64,000 nucleotides of DNA from a virus: IMG/VR virus record IMGVR_UViG_3300024255_000001; one strand, 5' to 3'. Below are positions 29,412-40,350 of this stretch, one piece after another. The stretch's first letter is position 1. Every line of letters starts with the position of its first letter. The notes under the pieces are model-generated. The model saw nothing but the letters and a program-made list of their open reading frames with translations. It made no database searches and was not told the origin of the DNA. A program made the position numbers and the translations under genes.

Positions 29412-31007
29412 TTAAAGTGCATTCGGGTCCTCTTTCTCAGGCTCCTCTGCATTATCTTTAGCCTCCTTTGCCTTATAGGCTTTGTTAGCTCTAATCTCGT
29501 CGTCAGTTAATTTTAAGTATTTAGTTACTAGATATTCTTGGTCGAAATAGTATTCTTCTTCCATAGTTTCTGGATTAGTTGTCATTAGAGAGTCTCTCAT
29601 ACTTGCGATAAAGTCTAATCTCAATTGCATGATTTCTTGCTCTTTTAATTCTGCAAATACATTCTCTTCATTATATCTTAAGGCTACTTGAGTTTTAAAC
29701 TGTGGATCGTCTACAAACTCTGGGTACTTAAGACACATTTGAATATAAAGTGGTTTTACTAGTATCTCTTGGAAGACTGATCTTAGACGTTTGATAAATT
29801 TACCAAACTTAATCTCATCTCTTACCATACCGTCACCAGCTAGTGCGTAGTCACCACCATCATCTTCATATAAGAATCTATTGTAAGGAATTTTTGAAAC
29901 CTCTTTTAATTTATCTGAGAAGTATTTAAGTGCGTCAGTGTCTGATAGATCTGGGCCATCACCACCAAGGGTTTCAATTTCTGGCGTTTCACCGTCTTTA
30001 GAAGGTAACCAGTATTCTTTAGAGAATTGTAACATTGGCTTACCATCAGTTTGTAATGTTCCTGATTCAAAGTCAAAGTCTACAACTTCTTTATAGTTAT
30101 TCATTAGCTGTGCCAATGATTGTTTTGCTCTTGTTTTAGATTTACCACCAACAGGTATAATAAACTTCATTCTAAATGAAGCGTTAGTTACTGCCCATAC
30201 CACTCTGGTATGTTCCATTATTCTCATTAAGTTAAATGATCTTACTAATCTCTCAACGTAACTTACTCTTGAAGCAGTTGAAAGGGAAGAATATGAAATG
30301 TAAATAATTTGAGAATCATAAAGTACTCTCTCCTTTACAGGATCGTCTTTATATTGAATCCATACTTTCTTACCATCTTCTTTATTGTAACCTGGCATTA
30401 GAGTAATAGGATCAATTTCTTTAAATCCAATAATTTCAGTTTGGTCTGGGGAATAAATTATCTCAAACGATAAGTAACCATCAACTAGGAACTTTCTAAA
30501 GAAGTACCATGCTGATTGTTCACCATTAAATCCAAAGTAGTGATAGATTTGTCTAAAGTATTTGTTCAGGTCTTTATTAACCTGGTCTGAGACATCAAGT
30601 CCCATAATCTCTGGTTGTGCAAAGAAGTTCTTTTCATCATATACCACTGCCTCATCACAAAGAATATCTAGAATATCTTCAACCTCATCATTCATTGAGA
30701 ATCTTCTCAACTCATCTCTCTTACCTGGATAATCAATGTCAAAGAAAGGTACATTCTTTTTCATGTTGATGTCACCCATTGATAGTGCTGCAAACGCACC
30801 ATAGATGTCATCATTATCTAAACCAAATGGATTCATTTCCTTATAGCCAAATTGGTCTTCCATTGGACCAATAGCTTGGGATTGACGTAGAACCATATCA
30901 TCATAGCGCATACCAAAAGAACTTAGCGTCTTCAGTGCACCTGAGAGGCTAAATGGTCTTGTGTTAGAACTAAGTGGTCCGTTTCTTTTATCTGCAAATC
31001 CTGCCAT
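29412..31007 (-). CDS. gp20: portal protein (gp20)
   Basis: FLVDG, SYVER, YWLP..DG...EIETLGG, KIP..R, RDEIKF; GATATATA at 31029-31036. Confidence 0.95.
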   Translation of the reverse strand: MAGFADKRNGPLSSNTRPFSLSGALKTLSSFGMRYDDMVLRQSQAIGPMEDQFGYKEMNPFGLDNDDIYGAFAALSMGDINMKKNVPFFDIDYPGKRDELRRFSMNDEVEDILDILCDEAVVYDEKNFFAQPEIMGLDVSDQVNKDLNKYFRQIYHYFGFNGEQSAWYFFRKFLVDGYLSFEIIYSPDQTEIIGFKEIDPITLMPGYNKEDGKKVWIQYKDDPVKERVLYDSQIIYISYSSLSTASRVSYVERLVRSFNLMRIMEHTRVVWAVTNASFRMKFIIPVGGKSKTRAKQSLAQLMNNYKEVVDFDFESGTLQTDGKPMLQFSKEYWLPSKDGETPEIETLGGDGPDLSDTDALKYFSDKLKEVSKIPYNRFLYEDDGGDYALAGDGMVRDEIKFGKFIKRLRSVFQEILVKPLYIQMCLKYPEFVDDPQFKTQVALRYNEENVFAELKEQEIMQLRLDFIASMRDSLMTTNPETMEEEYYFDQEYLVTKYLKLTDDEIRANKAYKAKEAKDNAEEPEKEDPNAL

Positions 31008-31036
31008 AATATAGTATTATTTCTGTTTTATATATC

Positions 31037-31633
31037 TCATTTATTTAGGTGGTTTCTGAAGGCTGCTCTAATCTTACCAACTGATGAGTTGTTTAACTCT
31101 AAAAAGTCGCATAAGGCTATTTTTGCCCAATGCTCATAAGATACCACCTGTTGTTGTGATTTACGACTAGCTTTATATTGTCTAATCGCAAAATCAAAAC
31201 CATAACGTTGTAAAAACGATTTTGCACCTCTATAACTTAATGATAGTGGTGCTTGAGCTCTAGCGTTCTCTGCCTTAGCGCCACTAGTCTGCCCATTAAT
31301 ATATTGTTTGTATTGTTCGTATACAAAATCTAAAAGCTGTTCTTTGATAGGTACCGGTAACATGTTTAAATTAATACCCATATCATTACCTGAATCTGAT
31401 GGGTCTAAAGCTAATACTACTGGATTACTATCCCACCAAAATGCTGAAACTGGATTTTCATATCTAAAAACATATATTTTTCCAGGTTCAAATCTTCGCA
31501 TCGATCTAGCAACCGATTTTACTCTTATAGATTTAGATGTGCTTTGGAACCATTCTTCTGCATCGGATGCAGCCCTTCTCTTTCCGCCAGCTTCTTTACT
31601 TAATGCCCTTATGTCTTTTAGTACCTGTCCCAT
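31037..31633 (-). CDS. gp2: DNA end protector (gp2-like)
   Basis: PGKIYVFRY, WDSNPVV, GINLNMLP, AIRQY. Confidence 0.75.
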   Translation of the reverse strand: MGQVLKDIRALSKEAGGKRRAASDAEEWFQSTSKSIRVKSVARSMRRFEPGKIYVFRYENPVSAFWWDSNPVVLALDPSDSGNDMGINLNMLPVPIKEQLLDFVYEQYKQYINGQTSGAKAENARAQAPLSLSYRGAKSFLQRYGFDFAIRQYKASRKSQQQVVSYEHWAKIALCDFLELNNSSVGKIRAAFRNHLNK

Positions 31634-32112
31634 TACTTAAGAGTTTTTTCTGTTAGGACAATAAACCTCCAACCCCTATTTTCACACCATGCATTTGCAT
31701 AGGCGTATTTGTCTCTGTTCTTAATATACTGTTCAGCTAAAAATTTATATGAATTAAGTGCCTTTTTAGATTTAGTTTTTGGGGGAAGTGGTTTCTTAAT
31801 CTGGGCTTCTGGTTTTATTTCAACCAACCACTCTACAGGGCCTTCATCGCCCTGGCCCTTTGTCTTCATATAGAAGTCTGGGTAGTACTTATGTTCTTTC
31901 TTGTCCATTGTAGACATGTACTTAATCGTAACAGGCTCGCTGGACCACTTTAATACGTTATCTTTCGTATCACACATAATCATAAACTTTCTTTCCCAAG
32001 AGGAACGATAAATGATCGGAGTTGGTCCGATATATCTGTCAGGTTTTTCTGGGTTAAAATAGCCTTGTACAAATCCTGAGTTACTGCTTGGTTTTAAGTT
32101 CTTTATTGACAT
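31633..32112 (-). CDS. gp4: head completion nuclease (gp4-like, TnsA-type)
   Basis: IIYRSSWE, WSSE, YYPDF, VEIKP, N..K. Confidence 0.9.
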   Translation of the reverse strand: MSIKNLKPSSNSGFVQGYFNPEKPDRYIGPTPIIYRSSWERKFMIMCDTKDNVLKWSSEPVTIKYMSTMDKKEHKYYPDFYMKTKGQGDEGPVEWLVEIKPEAQIKKPLPPKTKSKKALNSYKFLAEQYIKNRDKYAYANAWCENRGWRFIVLTEKTLK

Positions 32113-32490
32113 TTATATGTTAAACATTCCGCCTTCCGAGCTACCGCTATTGGTGTTAATCTTATCCATAGAAAGTGTATTTTTATATTTCTGTGGATGT
32201 AGTTTATTCCAACCCTTAGCGTAACCACGCTTTGCTATTTCTGTAAAATATGCAAATGCATTAGTATATTTAGGATTGAAGTTTCTCCAATACTTTAATA
32301 GGTCTAAAATAGCAAATTGTAGACAATCATTTTTATCATCTGAATTTAGATATACTAATCTATTTATTGCTCTTTCAGCCAGAAGTATTAACATTTTCTC
32401 TGCGTCGGGCGTTAACTTATCCGCCTCTTTTGAGAGAACAATTTGATCATATAGATCTCTATTGTTTAAGTAATTCTTTTTTCTTGGCAC
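32113..32490 (-). CDS. gp55: late-transcription sigma factor (gp55-like)
   Basis: NYLNNRDL, NFNP..TNAFAYFTEI; GTG start. Confidence 0.8.
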   Translation of the reverse strand: MPRKKNYLNNRDLYDQIVLSKEADKLTPDAEKMLILLAERAINRLVYLNSDDKNDCLQFAILDLLKYWRNFNPKYTNAFAYFTEIAKRGYAKGWNKLHPQKYKNTLSMDKINTNSGSSEGGMFNI

Positions 32491-32512
32491 GTTTCGTTCT
32501 AATTATTTACTA

Positions 32513-32553
32513 ATTATATGAAAAAAAGCCCATTTGTTTCGAAATGGGCTTTT
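32513..32553 (-). promoter_or_regulatory. terminator hairpin overlapping a middle promoter (GAAAC-N17-TATAAT) for gp55
   Basis: aaagcccattt/aaatgggcttt hairpin with T-run; promoter motif at 32513-32541. Confidence 0.6.
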
Positions 32554-32581
32554 CTAAATTTAAAATTAAAATTTAAAACAA

Positions 32582-33769
32582 TTATACGTTGTCTTCTTGT
32601 GAAATATTAATCTTGTACTTTTCTACTCTGAATGGTTTGTTCTCTACGAATACAGTTAAAATATCATTCTTACCTGCTTGATTAAATTCAACAGCATCAA
32701 CTTTAACCTGCGCGTCTTCTGGTAAACCGCCAACCTCACCTTTTAAAGATGCATTTACATAACCATCCTCAATACCTAATTGTTCTTCTTCTAAAACCTT
32801 TAAATCTGATTGGATTTTTTTAATTTCAGTTTCGATTAAATTATCTGCAGCTTTAATATCTGGTAATGTTCTATCAACTTCTGCTAATCTACCTCTTTGG
32901 TCGAATAGGAAGGATAACATTTCTTTATATAGGTTAATCTTATCATCTTTTACTCTACTAACACTAGCAGCAGCCTCTAATAAATCAGAAAACTGTTCAG
33001 TTATATCTGCACCTGTTTCGGTTGCAACATACTCAACAGCAGCATCTGCTAATAGTTGTTGGAATTTATCTAATTTAGTATCTTCGTTTACTCTATAAGT
33101 ATACACTCTATTTTCTGCTCTCATTGCTAAAACTGTAACTTGACCAGACTTAGATTCTGTTAAGAAATCTAAAACCTTAAAAGTATCAAAGTTTTCTGAA
33201 GCTAATTGAAACATCTCTAAGACTGCTTTATCCTGGTATTTAATATAACCAACATTAAAGAATCTTTCTGATAATCTCTCTTCACTACCCATTGTCACTT
33301 CAATATTACCTGCAAAGAATTTACCTGATTCTTTGTTATATCTAAAGTTAATTGCAATTGAAGAAGATTTAGTCTCTTCTATTTTAGCTTGAGTAGCATC
33401 TAGTTCTTTGGTAACTTCTGTTAGAGCGTCACCCTTTTTACCAGCTAGTTTTAATTCTTTTGCTTTACCTTCTAAAAAGGAAGCAGTTTCATTTAATTCA
33501 GATAAAGTATCGAATGCTTCTACAGCACCCTCTTCTACTTTATTTAGAATTTGTTTTCTATTATAGTCATATAAAAAAGAGATGCCTTCGTTAGTAATTT
33601 CGAAAGACTTATTAGCAGCAACTAGGCTATTAAATAAATCATTATTCTCATCAACCTTCTCAATATGATTGCCTGTAATTTTAAAGTTAGCACCTGCAGC
33701 ATGAAATAGGAAACCTTGTCCTTGTTCTAAAATAGGCGATGTTAATTCTTTGTTTATTGAATTTGTCAT
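32582..33769 (-). CDS. hypothetical protein, likely virion-associated
   Basis: 395 aa; GATATATA at 33796-33803. Confidence 0.55.
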   Translation of the reverse strand: MTNSINKELTSPILEQGQGFLFHAAGANFKITGNHIEKVDENNDLFNSLVAANKSFEITNEGISFLYDYNRKQILNKVEEGAVEAFDTLSELNETASFLEGKAKELKLAGKKGDALTEVTKELDATQAKIEETKSSSIAINFRYNKESGKFFAGNIEVTMGSEERLSERFFNVGYIKYQDKAVLEMFQLASENFDTFKVLDFLTESKSGQVTVLAMRAENRVYTYRVNEDTKLDKFQQLLADAAVEYVATETGADITEQFSDLLEAAASVSRVKDDKINLYKEMLSFLFDQRGRLAEVDRTLPDIKAADNLIETEIKKIQSDLKVLEEEQLGIEDGYVNASLKGEVGGLPEDAQVKVDAVEFNQAGKNDILTVFVENKPFRVEKYKINISQEDNV

Positions 33770-33794
33770 TTCAAATTATTTATGTTTTCTTATA

Positions 33795-34853
33795 CTATAT
33801 ATCATCCAAATTTCCTTTCACAGAGAAGTTATCACCGAAGAGCGCTGAATTAGGCTCATCCTTAGGTGGGACGACTATATTACTATTTCCAATTGTAAAC
33901 ATTCTATTCGATTGTTTCTTACGTCTAGATACTCTCTTAATCTGAGTTTCTGTATTCTGTAGATTACCTAAAGTGGCTGCTACTGCTGGATCTGAGCAAC
34001 TTAAACCATCTTCAACTTTTATCCATTCAATACCGTTTGATTCCCATTTAGCAGGATAATAACTATCATAATAAACATTAGGTGTAAAACCTGGATCGAT
34101 AAACCCATTTGGATTTTCATAATCACCACATACAGCATTTGCATAATTAGTTCTTGTATACTTTCTATAAGTATCTTCTTCAAAATCAAATGAAGGTATA
34201 AACGAATTAATTTCTAAACTAAATGTTATTTTATGGTTTGCTTTATCATCAAATGAATATTCAATTGGACGTTCTTGTGTATAATCTTCTGGCATCATAT
34301 ACTCAGATGAGATTCTATAAGTACCCTCTTCTAAATGTCCAGCATCTACATGATAAAAATTAGCCTTATACATTTTTTTAACAATAGCCTCTGTAACTTT
34401 AAATAGATCTAACTGACTTGATACTAAAATCTCAATATCGACTCCTAATACTACTGGAATCATCTCAAACTCAGCGACAAAGCCTTCCATTAGACCCTGC
34501 TCATTCATCATCGAGTATTGACCCATATTTCTTTTATTAACTAGCTTAGCAGGGTCTACATTAAATGATGTTAGATTTACAATACCTCTTGGGATTTTAT
34601 CATAATTACCATCTGCGAATTCACCATCAGGGTCACAGCCTAGCCCATTGACATTAGAGAATAAGAAATTATCTTTCATAAAATTCTCATCACCAGAAAC
34701 TGCGTAAAAGAAGGGTACATCTACCTCGGCTCTCTCATCATTACTAATCTGTCTCCAAAAGCTTAATTTGCTATTGAGGTCTGCTAATAGTCCGACAACA
34801 ACATGTCTAATAACTGAGTCGTCTTTATTAAATTTTAAATTATATGTAGCCAT
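33795..34853 (-). CDS. tail sheath stabilizer / tail terminator (gp15-like)
   Basis: IRHVVVGLL...VDVPFFY...KIPRG...IPV pattern; GATATATA at 34858-34865. Confidence 0.6.
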   Translation of the reverse strand: MATYNLKFNKDDSVIRHVVVGLLADLNSKLSFWRQISNDERAEVDVPFFYAVSGDENFMKDNFLFSNVNGLGCDPDGEFADGNYDKIPRGIVNLTSFNVDPAKLVNKRNMGQYSMMNEQGLMEGFVAEFEMIPVVLGVDIEILVSSQLDLFKVTEAIVKKMYKANFYHVDAGHLEEGTYRISSEYMMPEDYTQERPIEYSFDDKANHKITFSLEINSFIPSFDFEEDTYRKYTRTNYANAVCGDYENPNGFIDPGFTPNVYYDSYYPAKWESNGIEWIKVEDGLSCSDPAVAATLGNLQNTETQIKRVSRRKKQSNRMFTIGNSNIVVPPKDEPNSALFGDNFSVKGNLDDI

Positions 34854-34881
34854 AGATTATATATCAACATTTACTGGTAAC

Positions 34882-34912
34882 AAAAATGGCCAATATTTCT
34901 ATTGGCCATTTT
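34882..34912 (-). terminator. intrinsic terminator-like hairpin
   Basis: aaaatggccaata/tattggccatttt inverted repeat. Confidence 0.75.
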
Positions 34913-34934
34913 TAATTATTTTGGTTAAGTTCTA

Positions 34935-35741
34935 TTAATAACTAGTGTCGTTACCATTACATTCATTACCGGTTGGATCTGCATTCCATTCCGGAACTGC
35001 ATCACCGATTGGAGAAGGTGTTACGTCAGCTAATCCAGCGGCAGATTGAGATAAAGAACATATTTGTCTTGCTTGTCCAACACCAAGTGGTGAAGAAGCT
35101 GTCGCTGCTGTTGGATTTTCAATATCAGCTTGCTGTAGTGGATAATATTTATACATTACAGGATTTCCACTTTCGTTAAGTAGTGACCAAATTTCACCAG
35201 CGTAACTTGTAAGTGTAGTTGTAGTTGTAGTTGCCTCAGCTACAAAGTTAGTATAATAATCTAGGTTACTATCTGCCCAAGTTTTCCATGTTGCTGCAGG
35301 AGCCTTATCTTGGGGCATTGACCCGTTATTAAGTACATTTCCGGCGTCTTCATTTAACTGCTTAATATGTTTAATTGCTGCAACAAAAGCATCATTACCA
35401 GTTCCAGCTTTAAATCTAATATACGCATTGCTTTCTTCTAACTGAGGATTGTCCGCATTATCAGGCGGAGGTGTAGGTTGTGTACCTGTTGTTGTAGATA
35501 GTTGAGGTTGTCCCTCATTGTTACAAATTAAATATGCTATGTGCCATGTAAATCCTGCTCTAGCTTCATTTATCCCGTTAATCCAATAAGAATCAGTTAA
35601 TCCTGAATAGACATTAGATTCTGCTTGTTGATTAGCACGAATTAATCTAGTATTAGGCCCAAAGGCTGTATAATTTGAAGGTGCTGAATGAACGGTACCT
35701 GTGAAAACAGACCATATTCTTGAATTGGTGTTGGTAGCCAT
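34935..35741 (-). CDS. hypothetical protein, likely structural
   Basis: 268 aa, Thr/Asn/Pro-rich; GATATATA at 35770-35777. Confidence 0.55.
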   Translation of the reverse strand: MATNTNSRIWSVFTGTVHSAPSNYTAFGPNTRLIRANQQAESNVYSGLTDSYWINGINEARAGFTWHIAYLICNNEGQPQLSTTTGTQPTPPPDNADNPQLEESNAYIRFKAGTGNDAFVAAIKHIKQLNEDAGNVLNNGSMPQDKAPAATWKTWADSNLDYYTNFVAEATTTTTTLTSYAGEIWSLLNESGNPVMYKYYPLQQADIENPTAATASSPLGVGQARQICSLSQSAAGLADVTPSPIGDAVPEWNADPTGNECNGNDTSY

Positions 35742-35781
35742 AATTAGTTTTTAATCTTTTTTGTTTTATTATATATCCCCG

Positions 35782-37452
35782 TTAATCTATACTTTCGATA
35801 GTAAACTTAGAGAAGCCATTCTCTCTATATATTTGAATCTTCTTATCAAATATCTCATGGGGTAACACAGAGTGGTTGATTACAAAAGTATTTATCTTAT
35901 GTTCTTTGATAACTTGATTAAGTATCTTAAGAATATTATAGACTCCATCATGGTCTACAGAAGATAATAACTCATCTAAGAAAAGAAGGTTTAGTTGCGG
36001 GAACCTTAGTTTTAGTATTTTAATAATAGCAACAATAACAATAAAGTCTGCCTTCTTACGCTCACCTGTTGAAAGTGTCATTGGATTAATATCTTCACCA
36101 AGGTGATTAATAATACAATTAAACTTTTCATCAAATCTAATATGGAATTGTAGGTGCATGGTTTGAGCCATGGCTGCAATATTAGTATTAAGTCCTGGTA
36201 GAATAGTTTTAACTGCTAAGTTCTTGACACCATCTTCTCCTAAGACTTGTTCAACGATTTCCATAAAGTTGTAGTCTACATTTAACTGATCTTTACTTAC
36301 AGATTTCTCAGCCTCTTTCTCTTCAAACTCTGTAATAAGTCCTCTTAAGTGATCGAAGTCAGCTCCTTCTGGAGTATCTTTTAACTTCATTAATTCCGCC
36401 TTAAGACCACGCATCGTTACTTTATTATCTGAGATCTGACCTTCTAAATCTAGTTTAGCAGTTCTAGCCTTTAAAACTTTATCTTGTAGAGCATCCATCT
36501 CTGTTTTAATAGACTTAATATCATTTGTACTGGCATCAATCTTTTCAGTAAAAGAATCTTTTTGTTTTACGTGCCAATCAGAAGTTAACTTAGTTTCACA
36601 TGTTGGGCAATGTCCACTTTCATATAACTTTAATTTCTTATTTAGATAATCAATTTCTCTTTTAATATCTCCAGCCTCAGTTCTCTTTTCATTGTAGTCT
36701 TTATTGAACTTATTCATCGCATCTTCTTCCTTCGTACGATTAGCTTCAATATCTAATACAGTCTCATGTAGAGTAACTAATTGGTCTTTTAATTCTTGGA
36801 TCTTAGATTTATTTGCAGTTTTAGATTCTGCAAGTAGAGTATTTAATTTACCTTTAACTGATCCAATTGAATTCATTATCTCATTTAACTCAGCATCATA
36901 AGCATCAATATCAAATTTAATATCTCTACGTTCGTCTTTGATTTGCCTTTGCATATCATTAAGAATAGAGAAACCAAACATTCTATCAATAATCTGCTTC
37001 TTGTCTTGATTTGACATAGTTAAAAATGATTTGAAATCATTTACTGATAGAATAATTATATTCTTAAATACGTGATATGGAATACCGAATACTTCGTCTT
37101 CTAAATACTCTTGTACAGATTTCTTACCTGCTTTATCAAACTCAACTCCATTAATTAAGACGCTAAATCTATTTGGTGCAATACCACGCTCTATTTCTAT
37201 AGCCATAGTACCACATTGTAAACCAATCTTTACATGAAGTTCTTTGTTAATACGATTAGGTAGGTCTGCTAATTTAACACCTTCTACTTTTCCATATAGA
37301 GCATAGATAATAGCATTAGCAATAGTAGTTTTACCATCACCATTTTTACCTAGAGTTAAAAATAACTCAGATGTATCTTGTTTAAAATCTATTCTTTGTC
37401 TTTGGTTTCCGTATGAAGCAAAGTTCTTAAACTCAATATAGTCTATTCTCAT
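35782..37452 (-). CDS. gp46: recombination ATPase gp46 (SbcC/Rad50)
   Basis: GKNGDGKTT, CPTC hook, LSTGE signature, LFLDE. Confidence 0.95.
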   Translation of the reverse strand: MRIDYIEFKNFASYGNQRQRIDFKQDTSELFLTLGKNGDGKTTIANAIIYALYGKVEGVKLADLPNRINKELHVKIGLQCGTMAIEIERGIAPNRFSVLINGVEFDKAGKKSVQEYLEDEVFGIPYHVFKNIIILSVNDFKSFLTMSNQDKKQIIDRMFGFSILNDMQRQIKDERRDIKFDIDAYDAELNEIMNSIGSVKGKLNTLLAESKTANKSKIQELKDQLVTLHETVLDIEANRTKEEDAMNKFNKDYNEKRTEAGDIKREIDYLNKKLKLYESGHCPTCETKLTSDWHVKQKDSFTEKIDASTNDIKSIKTEMDALQDKVLKARTAKLDLEGQISDNKVTMRGLKAELMKLKDTPEGADFDHLRGLITEFEEKEAEKSVSKDQLNVDYNFMEIVEQVLGEDGVKNLAVKTILPGLNTNIAAMAQTMHLQFHIRFDEKFNCIINHLGEDINPMTLSTGERKKADFIVIVAIIKILKLRFPQLNLLFLDELLSSVDHDGVYNILKILNQVIKEHKINTFVINHSVLPHEIFDKKIQIYRENGFSKFTIESID

Positions 37453-38567
37453 TATTTGTCGGTGTCATAATTGTAAGCACATTGCGTATACAATTGTTTT
37501 AACTTGCTCTTTAGTTTTAGAGCTAAATCCTCGTCTTGTTTCATACCATCAATATACATATTGCAAAGATTAAGAATATTGTAATTCTTGTACATCTCTT
37601 CAATTTCATTAATGTCATAAAAGTCTTTATCGATATATGAATCTTCTTCATAAATATTCGGTTCTAACTTTCTAGAAATATTTTGAATTTCATTAACCAA
37701 CTGGCTCAATGCATTGGTTGTAGCGATTTGCGATGGTACGAATAGATCTACAAAGTTATTTCTTATTTGCTCCTTAAACTTGCCGAGAGGCATATCATAT
37801 AGCGCTTTAATATTGTATCTTAAAAACTTAGGGGAAATATGATTCTCAAAGAAAGTCTCTTCCATTGTTTCTAGATTAACTAGGTCAAATCCTTTCGTAT
37901 TATCTCTATCAGATCTTGTTAATTGATATGGTACACCGACCATTAGTAGTTTACCTCTTTCCTGTCTAAAGTGAATATGACCAGAGTAAACTCTTGTATA
38001 TTTGTCATAGATGTTAGAATCTGTACCATGCTCATTTTTAACTTTAGCATTAAGGTAAATACCTCTAACTTCTGAGTGACAATATACAATATCTGCTTGT
38101 GGATAATCTGCTAGAGTTTCTGCTTCATGTTCTGCATCTCTTCTCCACGGCATTAATAATATATTCTTACCAGACCAATTTAAAAGTTCTGGCTCTTTGT
38201 AAACCTGTACATTAGGAATCCATTTTAAACTATCGATTGATGAAATATCATTTGAATTCTTAGCCCAAATATCATGGTTACCACAGATTACATAACATGG
38301 TAGAATTTGACCTAGTCTTTCAAATAGATCCACGGCATAGCTTAATACCTTAATATTAATAGACTGTCTATTATCAAAGGTATCTCCTACTTGTACTAAT
38401 ACATCACCTGGTTGTACATGCTTCTTCAATGTTGGGATAAACATATTCTCGAAGAAGTCTTTTTGGATATTTAGCCACTCGACCGAGTTTGCTCTTACAC
38501 CAAAGTGTAAGTCTCCAAGGACCCATACTCTTTTAGCTCCCTGTTTAATTACCTTGGGTTCAATCAT
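37452..38567 (-). CDS. gp47: recombination nuclease gp47 (SbcD/Mre11)
   Basis: GDLHFG, GDTFD, GNHD, SGHIH. Confidence 0.93.
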   Translation of the reverse strand: MIEPKVIKQGAKRVWVLGDLHFGVRANSVEWLNIQKDFFENMFIPTLKKHVQPGDVLVQVGDTFDNRQSINIKVLSYAVDLFERLGQILPCYVICGNHDIWAKNSNDISSIDSLKWIPNVQVYKEPELLNWSGKNILLMPWRRDAEHEAETLADYPQADIVYCHSEVRGIYLNAKVKNEHGTDSNIYDKYTRVYSGHIHFRQERGKLLMVGVPYQLTRSDRDNTKGFDLVNLETMEETFFENHISPKFLRYNIKALYDMPLGKFKEQIRNNFVDLFVPSQIATTNALSQLVNEIQNISRKLEPNIYEEDSYIDKDFYDINEIEEMYKNYNILNLCNMYIDGMKQDEDLALKLKSKLKQLYTQCAYNYDTDK

Positions 38568-39002
38568 TTAAAATAACTTTTTAATGTTCTTCTTTTCTAA
38601 AATACCTGTTTTTCTATCTAGCTCTTGAATAAGATCTTCCTTATATACATTTGAAAGTGAACTATAGAATTTTACAGGTCTAATATCAAAGTAAATACAC
38701 ATTTCACTAAAAATATCGATGCGACTCCATTTAGCCTGCATATCACCTATAATATAGCCGTAAACTTCATTAATATCCGTCTTTCTTAGTTTATTACATT
38801 TACCTAGTTCGTCTACCTCATTAAAAATTTTAAACCTAGAAACTGTAATTAGATCATGTATCGTACGAGCTATCATCTCGTAATGAATCTTTTCCTCTTC
38901 GTCTAGTTCTTCTCTTAATGATGGATCCAACTCAAAACTAATATTACTTAGTTCAAATTCTGGTGTGTCAAAACTGTTATTAAAAATTTTATCATTTGCC
39001 AT
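38568..39002 (-). CDS. hypothetical protein
   Basis: 144-aa ORF in the replication block. Confidence 0.6.
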   Translation of the reverse strand: MANDKIFNNSFDTPEFELSNISFELDPSLREELDEEEKIHYEMIARTIHDLITVSRFKIFNEVDELGKCNKLRKTDINEVYGYIIGDMQAKWSRIDIFSEMCIYFDIRPVKFYSSLSNVYKEDLIQELDRKTGILEKKNIKKLF

Positions 39003-39019
39003 ATTTAATTTTGTTTATT

Positions 39020-40336
39020 TTAAATGCTATGAATGCTAGAAGTACTAATATCTTCTGTTTCTATTAATCGCATAAAGTTATAGTCAACATTCAACTTACA
39101 TTTATTTCCTTTACCCTCACCATCTCTAATCTTAAGTACCTTTAACCAATACTCTTGGTTAGCACGCATTAAGTCGTCTTGAATAATACCAAGCATTACG
39201 TCAGCTGTATGTGAAAGACCTGCAGATTCTGCAACGTCTGACATGGAAATATCTGAAGAATTATAGCCGTTTCTGTTTATTTGAGTTGCAGTGACGATCA
39301 ACCAATTGTTACGCATACCCATAGCACGAAGGTCCTCTGCAATTTGCTTGATCTTCATATATGTATTCTCCGTATTTTGGTTACGATAATTGGCTAAGAT
39401 GTTAATATAGTCAATTACAACTGCGCCTACTTTAATCTGTAACTCCTCTTCTATTTGTGCAACGTAAGCTTCAATATCTAAGACTGTAGCTTGTGATGTT
39501 GGAAATTGTTTTACATAAAGATTTCCAGGTGGAGTAAATCCATCTCCAACCGTTTCTAATCTTCTTTTAATGTGATCTCTATTTTTTGCCTTCTCAGCAT
39601 AATCATTAATACTAATATTAAGAAGGTTCGAACCAATTCTTTTTACAAATTTATGGGCTGCCATTTCCGCAGTAATTACTACAGTATTAGTTCCCATCTT
39701 AACAAAGTTAGCTGCGTCGTTTGCTAAGTAAATAGATTTACCAATATTCTGTTCACCAGCATAAACTACAAGGTTACCGCCTTTGTCATAACCACCGCCT
39801 AACATTCTATCTAAGAAATTGTAACCTGTACTAACTTTCTCAGATTCTTTCTGGTCGTGGGCATCAAAATCAAAGAAGTTAAGACCAAGATCAGAATTAA
39901 ATGTTAGGTTATTTCTATCGTTAATTAAACCCTTTACTTTGGTTACGATAGCTTCTACGTTTTCTGGATTAACATCAGTGGTTTTAATATACTCAATTGT
40001 ATCTGTCAATGAGTTATTAAACGTTCTCCACTTAATCCAAGCTTCTGCAGTATTAGTTAGCCACTCTTCATCGTATTTGTCTAGGTCTACATCAAAGATC
40101 ATATCTAAGATACCTTCTGAAACTCTCTCCTTAGACTTAGGATGATTTTGAACTAATAGCTTTAAATTCTCTCTAGTTGGAGTCTCATTAAATTTAGCAT
40201 AGAACTTATTAGCTAAAAAACTTAAGGCATCAATTTCTTCTGAAGCATAGAAGTTAAATTTAATTGCCTGTAGGTATTTTGGCTTCTCTAATGAGATTCT
40301 AAAGAATATTTTTTCAAAGTCTTGTCCGAACTGCAT
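39020..40336 (-). CDS. gp41: replicative helicase (gp41, DnaB-like)
   Basis: GEQNIGKS, TAEM, IDYIN, TATQINR, AESAGL, KIRDG. Confidence 0.95.
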   Translation of the reverse strand: MQFGQDFEKIFFRISLEKPKYLQAIKFNFYASEEIDALSFLANKFYAKFNETPTRENLKLLVQNHPKSKERVSEGILDMIFDVDLDKYDEEWLTNTAEAWIKWRTFNNSLTDTIEYIKTTDVNPENVEAIVTKVKGLINDRNNLTFNSDLGLNFFDFDAHDQKESEKVSTGYNFLDRMLGGGYDKGGNLVVYAGEQNIGKSIYLANDAANFVKMGTNTVVITAEMAAHKFVKRIGSNLLNISINDYAEKAKNRDHIKRRLETVGDGFTPPGNLYVKQFPTSQATVLDIEAYVAQIEEELQIKVGAVVIDYINILANYRNQNTENTYMKIKQIAEDLRAMGMRNNWLIVTATQINRNGYNSSDISMSDVAESAGLSHTADVMLGIIQDDLMRANQEYWLKVLKIRDGEGKGNKCKLNVDYNFMRLIETEDISTSSIHSI

Positions 40337-40350
40337 ATTATTGTTTTTAC

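Noticed and set aside
31633-32112. TnsA-like endonuclease as evidence of a Tn7 transposon
   Set aside because: It is the T4 gp4-type head completion protein in its normal context next to gp2 and portal
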